From assembly GCA_036339875.1 (NCBI GenBank), contig JAYZAC010000108.1, positions 1 to 13,139 on the forward strand: DNA of 13,139 bases. Reading direction: 5' to 3'. The position numbers and the translations under genes are program-made. Each line of letters opens with the position of its first letter. Within the stretch, counting starts at the first letter, position 1. The stretch is from a bacterium (GTDB lineage: Bacteria > Muiribacteriota > UBA6191). Under the pieces are notes generated by a model. It had not been told where the DNA came from and made no database searches. It saw only the letters and a program-made list of their open reading frames with translations. Below are positions 8,649 to 13,139 of the stretch, piece after piece.

Positions 8649-8654
8649 TATAAT
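8649..8654 (+). promoter_or_regulatory. Putative sigma70 -10 element for the pilT operon
   Basis: Exact TATAAT ending 54 nt upstream of the ATG at 8708, within a 129-nt intergenic gap. No clear -35 element. An SD-like AGGT lies at 8697-8700. Confidence 0.35.
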
Positions 8655-8707
8655 CTAGCTCCATTAATTTAATTAAACTGGCGTAATCATAACATCAGGT
8701 ATATTTC

Positions 8708-9742
8708 ATGGCCAAAATTGATCAATGCCTACAGAAAATGTTGGAGCTCGGTGCTTCAGACTTACATTTGCATGTGGATTATCCACTTACTTATCGCATA
8801 GATGGCGAACTAAAGCAGATTGGTAAGGCAGTCAACAATAAGCAGATTATTTTTTTATTAGGCGAAATTCTCAACACGGAACAAAAGAGATTATTAAACA
8901 ACGGTCGAGAGGTTGATTTTGCATATCAATTAGATTCAGTTGGTCGATTTCGAGGAAATATTTTTCTGCAAGATGGAAAGTTTGGAGGTGTCTTTAGATT
9001 AATTCCCTCAGGCTTGAAAAGCTTCGAGGAAATAGGTGCCCCTAGTGTGTTCAAGAAATTAGTACAATCGAAAAGTGGTTTAATTCTGGTGACTGGCCCC
9101 ACTGGAAGTGGTAAATCGACAACTATGGCCACAATGATAAATGAGATTAATAAAACGCGTTATGGCCATATATTGACGCTCGAGGACCCCGTTGAGTTCA
9201 CCCATGAGGATAACCGATGTATGATTACTCATAAGGAGATCGGTCAAGATATTCCAACTTTCAATGAAGGTCTAAAGGCAGCTTTCAAAGAGAATGTCGA
9301 TGTGGTGTTAGTAGGAGAAATCCGTGATGCAGAAAGTATGCAAAGTGCACTAAATCTTGCGGAATCTGGAGTTTTGGTATTGGCTACCTTACATACATTA
9401 GATGCTTCTAATACAGTAAAACGAGTTGTATCTTTCTTCAAAGACCAGATGAGACAGATGGTTAGAGTTAGATTTGCACAAAATATTAATGCTATTCTGT
9501 CAATGAGGTTGTTGCCTTCATTAGGCGGAGGTAGGGTGGCAATGTATGAAGTAATGATCGCCAATCAAGGGATTAGAAATCTAATTAAGGATGCTAAAGA
9601 TCATCAAATTCAATCGGCTCTACAACAGGGTAAATCTGAAGGTATGAAGACTTTTAATATGAGTCTTAACGAACTTTTATCGCAAAAGAAGATATCTAAA
9701 GATGTTGCGGATATGCATGGTAGAACGACAGGTAACAAGTGA
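8708..9742 (+). CDS. pilT: PilT/PilU-family type IV pilus retraction ATPase
   Basis: 344 aa. GASDLHL, RIDG, RFRGNIF...VFRLIP, Walker A GPTGSGKST, Asp box TLEDPVE, Walker B VVLVGEIRD, ATLHT, GGGRVA, AIRNLIRE-like GIRNLIKD, and GMKTF. Confidence 0.9.
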   Translation: MAKIDQCLQKMLELGASDLHLHVDYPLTYRIDGELKQIGKAVNNKQIIFLLGEILNTEQKRLLNNGREVDFAYQLDSVGRFRGNIFLQDGKFGGVFRLIPSGLKSFEEIGAPSVFKKLVQSKSGLILVTGPTGSGKSTTMATMINEINKTRYGHILTLEDPVEFTHEDNRCMITHKEIGQDIPTFNEGLKAAFKENVDVVLVGEIRDAESMQSALNLAESGVLVLATLHTLDASNTVKRVVSFFKDQMRQMVRVRFAQNINAILSMRLLPSLGGGRVAMYEVMIANQGIRNLIKDAKDHQIQSALQQGKSEGMKTFNMSLNELLSQKKISKDVADMHGRTTGNK

Positions 9743-10785
9743 CAGACACTATTCTTGATCAATTTAAGTTGCTCTTGTCAAAAGCCTATGCTGCTCATGC
9801 GACGGATGTGCATATTAGATCATGCGGTCCATTAAGAGTAAGAATTGCAGGAGACCTCAAAGAAGACTCTAGATTTACTTTTGACACAAGTCAGTTACAC
9901 AAGATCGTTACCGAATTGGTTACGGAGGAAAATCGTAAAAGATTAGTCAAATATAAGACCACAGAGGGAATGTTTGAGGTAAATCATAATATTAAATGCC
10001 GCTACAAGTTTTCCTATGATAGGGGAAAGATGTATTTGATTTGTCGCTTACTACCAGGGAATATTCGTACTTGGGAAAACTTGAATATACCATCATTAGC
10101 GTTACAATTTCTCAACAAGAAACAGGGTTTGATTCTAATCTCTGGGCCATTAAGTAGTGGCAAAACATCTACCATGACGAGTTTTGCAGCCTACCTTAAT
10201 AATTATCGAAGAGAGCACATAATTTTAATTGATGAGATTATTGAGCATAAGTTAAAAAGTAATAAAAGTATTGTTAATTTGCGACAATTGGGGAGTGATA
10301 CGCGCTCCTATACTACGGCCCTAAAATATGCTCTGAGAGAAGATCCAGATATTATCGTAATAGGAGAAATTAATAGTGCAGAAAGTGCCGAAATAGCGAT
10401 AAATATAGCTGAAACTGGACACCTTGTTATAGCTGGTGTTTCCACAATAGGAAGTCTCAATACTATGATGAGAGTTCTAAATTGTTTTCCTGCTAACCAA
10501 TTAGAGAATGCACGTTTAAAATTATCATCGTATTTAATAGGTATAATATCCCAAGTATTAGTACCCAGTTTAGATCACACTACTATGATTCCTTTATTTG
10601 AGGTAATGACAATTACTTCCTCCGTACAAAATAATATTCGTGGAGAAAGGATGAATCAGTTACAAGCTGAATTTTCCAGAAGTGTTAAAGGTGTTTCTAT
10701 TACATTTGAGGATTATGCTAAGGAACAACAGGTTGCAGGGTTAATTTCGGAAGATAATTACTTAAGTAGCATAATTAGAGACTAA
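9739..10785 (+). CDS. Divergent PilT/PilU-family ATPase-like protein with degenerate catalytic motifs
   Basis: The GTG start overlaps the previous stop (GTGA). It retains ATDVHI, RIAG, ALREDPDIIVIGE, AETGHLV and IISQVL. Walker A is GPLSSGKTS, the Asp box is IDEIIE, and TLH is replaced by GVS. Confidence 0.85.
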   Translation: MTDTILDQFKLLLSKAYAAHATDVHIRSCGPLRVRIAGDLKEDSRFTFDTSQLHKIVTELVTEENRKRLVKYKTTEGMFEVNHNIKCRYKFSYDRGKMYLICRLLPGNIRTWENLNIPSLALQFLNKKQGLILISGPLSSGKTSTMTSFAAYLNNYRREHIILIDEIIEHKLKSNKSIVNLRQLGSDTRSYTTALKYALREDPDIIVIGEINSAESAEIAINIAETGHLVIAGVSTIGSLNTMMRVLNCFPANQLENARLKLSSYLIGIISQVLVPSLDHTTMIPLFEVMTITSSVQNNIRGERMNQLQAEFSRSVKGVSITFEDYAKEQQVAGLISEDNYLSSIIRD

Positions 10786-10820
10786 ACTCTGTTTTGTCGT
10801 ATTCTGGTATGGAGAAATTT

Positions 10821-11390
10821 ATGATTAATGAAGAATTTTCTGATGGAGAAAGTCGCAGACTTTTATATGTGAAACCCGGGTTTCAAAGAAAAATGATGAT
10901 TATAATAATCTTAGTAGTAATCATTGCGGTTAATATTGTAGGTGTACTGTGTTACGGATTTATCTCAAGTACTTTACAGAGTGAGCTCTTAGATCCATCA
11001 GTTAGTCAATTGAATCCTGGTCAAGTTCCTTTGCTTCAACAAAGATTATTTGAATATATTTTCCCCAAAGTATTGATTGCCGAACTTGCAACCATACTCG
11101 TTCTAGCATTTTTTGCTCTTAGATTAACTCATCAAATTGCGGGTCCTGTTTATCGATTAGAGCAGAACATGCTTAAAATGGCTCAAGGAGATTTCAAGTT
11201 GCGGACCGTGCTCAGAAATCGGGATGAATTTAATGAACTAGCTGAGGCACTAAATACATTAGGACAGTCTTACTCGAGGCGAATAGATAGGATCTCTGAT
11301 CAAATCTCTTTACTAGAATATACAGATTTAACAGCTGAACAGAAACAGGCTCTAAAAATAATTAAGGATAACCTTCATACTGAACAATAG
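10821..11390 (+). CDS. Two-TM membrane protein with C-terminal HAMP domain and no output domain
   Basis: The ORF track starts at TTG 10794. I prefer the ATG at 10821 because GGAG (10811-10814) lies 6 nt upstream (189 aa). TM1 MMIIIILVVIIAVNIVGVLCYGFI, a short external loop, TM2 VLIAELATILVLAFFAL, then HAMP-like IAGPVYRLEQNMLKMAQGDFKLRTVLRNRDEFNELAEALNTL and a short helical tail. Confidence 0.85.
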   Translation: MINEEFSDGESRRLLYVKPGFQRKMMIIIILVVIIAVNIVGVLCYGFISSTLQSELLDPSVSQLNPGQVPLLQQRLFEYIFPKVLIAELATILVLAFFALRLTHQIAGPVYRLEQNMLKMAQGDFKLRTVLRNRDEFNELAEALNTLGQSYSRRIDRISDQISLLEYTDLTAEQKQALKIIKDNLHTEQ

Positions 11391-11399
11391 GAGTAGAGA

Positions 11400-13139
11400 G
11401 TGCAGAGAATTCTTTCGCCCCATAAATTTAAATGGTTTTTAGCGTTCGTTGTACTGCCATTTTTAGTCCTATTTATTGGTTGTTTCAGTAATCCAGATGT
11501 TCTGTACTTGAAGGCCGTAAAGTTAATTGAAAAGAATAAACTTGCTCGCGCTGAAAAATTATTATTTAAGGTACTCAGGATGAAAAAGAACCATCCTGAT
11601 GCGCAGTATTCACTCGGTGTAATTTACATGAAACAGGAGCGCTATTCGGATTCTATTTCAAGATTTAAGGAGGTGCTATCTCTCAACTCTGTTGATGTTG
11701 ATGCCTTAACAAACTTAGGGGTAATTTACGCCCGTATGAATAAACTAGAGTTGGCGGCGGAAAAATATGAAGAAGCTGTAAGGATAAGCCCAGGAAATAA
11801 TACAATTTTATTAAATTTAGCTCGTCTACATGTGAAGCAAAAGAAATATAGAGAAGCTCGCTTATTGTATGAAAATATTTTGAGAGCGCAGCCAAATCTA
11901 TTTTCTGCGAATAAGGAATTAGGGTTTATTTACAAAGCAGAGGGTCGATCCGCAGATGCTATTAGTCAGTTTTCTCGTGCATCTAAGTTGCAGCCAAAAG
12001 ACCACGAGGTTTTGTTTGAATTAGGACATTTATACTTCAGAAGAGGTAAAAACAATACTGCATCCAAGTATTATTTGAAGGCTATATCGATTAAGGAAGA
12101 ATCTATTTATTATGCTGCTCTTGCCAATCTGTATGAAAATACTGGACAGGTAGAAGATTGTATCACCGCATATCAAAAATCTTATCAACTTGATAATGAT
12201 AATTACGAAGCCGTTTTTAGGTTAGCCGTTTTAACCCTTAATAGGGGAGAATTAAAACGAGCCGCTCAATATTTAAAGATTGCTTTGAGGCTAAAATCTA
12301 ATAAAGGAGAAGTCTATAAGTATTTTGGTGTTCTTTTGCGAAAGCAAAAACAGTTCGATAAATCTAAAGAGGCATTTCTAAAAGCTAAGTTACTAAACAA
12401 ATATGTACGTGAAATTTATTATCAATTAGGTTTAATTGATCTCGAGTTAAATAATGTCTCCGGGGCGATTGAGAATTTTGAGAGAGAATTAAAAGATTCA
12501 CCCAGCCATCTTTTAACGGTAACCAAATTAGCGTCTTTGTACTTGGATAATAAACAAGATGAAAAAGCGACTATTTTGATTCGTCGTGCATTGAAAACAC
12601 ACAAAAATGATGGAGAGTTACATAGGTTATTAGGGCAATTTCATCTCTCTAAAGCTGAATTTGAAAAAGAAAATAACGGTTTGTATATAGCATTGGAAGA
12701 TTATGATGAAGCAATAAAAAGCTTCAAGCAATCGATTCGACTTAACCCCGAACGAACTGATGTACTTGAACTACTTGTAAAGGCATACTCTGGAGCAAAA
12801 AGGTTTGCTGTTGCCATTCCCTTTTTCAATAAATTAATCCAGATTAGTCCAGAACGATGGGAGTATTATCCTGATTTGGCTAGAGGTTATCTCGCAAATC
12901 AAGAATACGATAAAGCAATTGATATTTTAGGAAAGTATTTAGAGGTAAATAAATCTGATGCCAAAGTTTGGTTTCAACTTGGTAAAATTTATGCTGATAA
13001 AGGAGATTTTATCGATGGTATCGAGATTTTTAAAAAAGCTATTTTAATTGAGCCGAATGACCCTAAAAAGAAGCTTTTTCTTGGGATGTTGCAAGCAGAA
13101 GTAAACCGTTTTGATGCTGCCCTGAAGACCCTTAGAAAA
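11400..13139 (+). CDS. Long tetratricopeptide-repeat protein, probable lipoprotein (3'-partial)
   Basis: Not in the ORF track because there is no stop codon inside the window. Hand translation from GTG at 11400 (AGGAG at 11389-11393 overlaps the upstream stop) is open for 580 codons: MQRILSPHKFKWFLAFVVLPFLVLFIGC-FSNPDVLY... It has a lipobox-like FIGC and ~34-aa repeats such as PDAQYSLGVIYMKQERYSDSISRFKEVLSLNSVD, VDALTNLGVIYARMNKLELAAEKYEEAVRISPGN and AKVWFQLGKIYADKGDFIDGIEIFKKAILIEPND. Confidence 0.9.
   Translation, partial: MQRILSPHKFKWFLAFVVLPFLVLFIGCFSNPDVLYLKAVKLIEKNKLARAEKLLFKVLRMKKNHPDAQYSLGVIYMKQERYSDSISRFKEVLSLNSVDVDALTNLGVIYARMNKLELAAEKYEEAVRISPGNNTILLNLARLHVKQKKYREARLLYENILRAQPNLFSANKELGFIYKAEGRSADAISQFSRASKLQPKDHEVLFELGHLYFRRGKNNTASKYYLKAISIKEESIYYAALANLYENTGQVEDCITAYQKSYQLDNDNYEAVFRLAVLTLNRGELKRAAQYLKIALRLKSNKGEVYKYFGVLLRKQKQFDKSKEAFLKAKLLNKYVREIYYQLGLIDLELNNVSGAIENFERELKDSPSHLLTVTKLASLYLDNKQDEKATILIRRALKTHKNDGELHRLLGQFHLSKAEFEKENNGLYIALEDYDEAIKSFKQSIRLNPERTDVLELLVKAYSGAKRFAVAIPFFNKLIQISPERWEYYPDLARGYLANQEYDKAIDILGKYLEVNKSDAKVWFQLGKIYADKGDFIDGIEIFKKAILIEPNDPKKKLFLGMLQAEVNRFDAALKTLRK

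Noticed and set aside
8661..8677. AT palindrome TTTAATTAAA
   Set aside because: Low complexity, expected by chance in AT-rich intergenic DNA.
8679..8693. Possible sigma54 promoter (TGGCGT...) before pilT
   Set aside because: The -12 TTGC element is absent (TAAC instead).
8926..9564. 68-aa and 106-aa minus-strand ORFs
   Set aside because: Antisense shadows of pilT.
9739..10785. Calling the second ATPase pilU or a pseudogene
   Set aside because: The frame is intact and full length, so it is not a pseudogene. The motifs are too divergent to assign PilU orthology without a phylogeny.
10794..10820. TTG or first ATG start for the HAMP protein
   Set aside because: The ATG at 10821 has the better-placed GGAG.
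11683..12604. 70-aa and 60-aa minus-strand ORFs
   Set aside because: Antisense to the long open TPR frame, which explains the region.
1..13139. CRISPR arrays, tRNA/rRNA, IS elements, long nucleotide repeats
   Set aside because: None were seen by eye. Intergenic gaps are all short (under ~130 nt), and the TPR repeats are not repetitive at the DNA level.

Overview
AT-rich bacterial chromosomal window with nine protein-coding genes. I saw no RNA gene, CRISPR array or mobile element. In order: (+) an uncharacterised 372-aa protein with barrel-sandwich-hybrid-like and KOW-like motifs; (-) a DUF2723/TMEM260-like membrane glycosyltransferase that overlaps it tail-to-tail; (-) a very large secreted HEXXH zinc metallopeptidase (M30-like) followed by a strong intrinsic terminator; (-) endonuclease III (nth); (+) an SO_0444/ArsP-type permease; and (+) a tightly coupled putative operon of two PilT-family ATPases, a 2-TM+HAMP protein with no output domain, and a long TPR lipoprotein that is missing from the ORF track and runs off the window end. 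The most notable signal is that the two PilT paralogs have lost largely complementary sets of conserved motifs, which suggests a heteromeric or regulated motor. All family calls come from motif recognition by eye, not from database searches.
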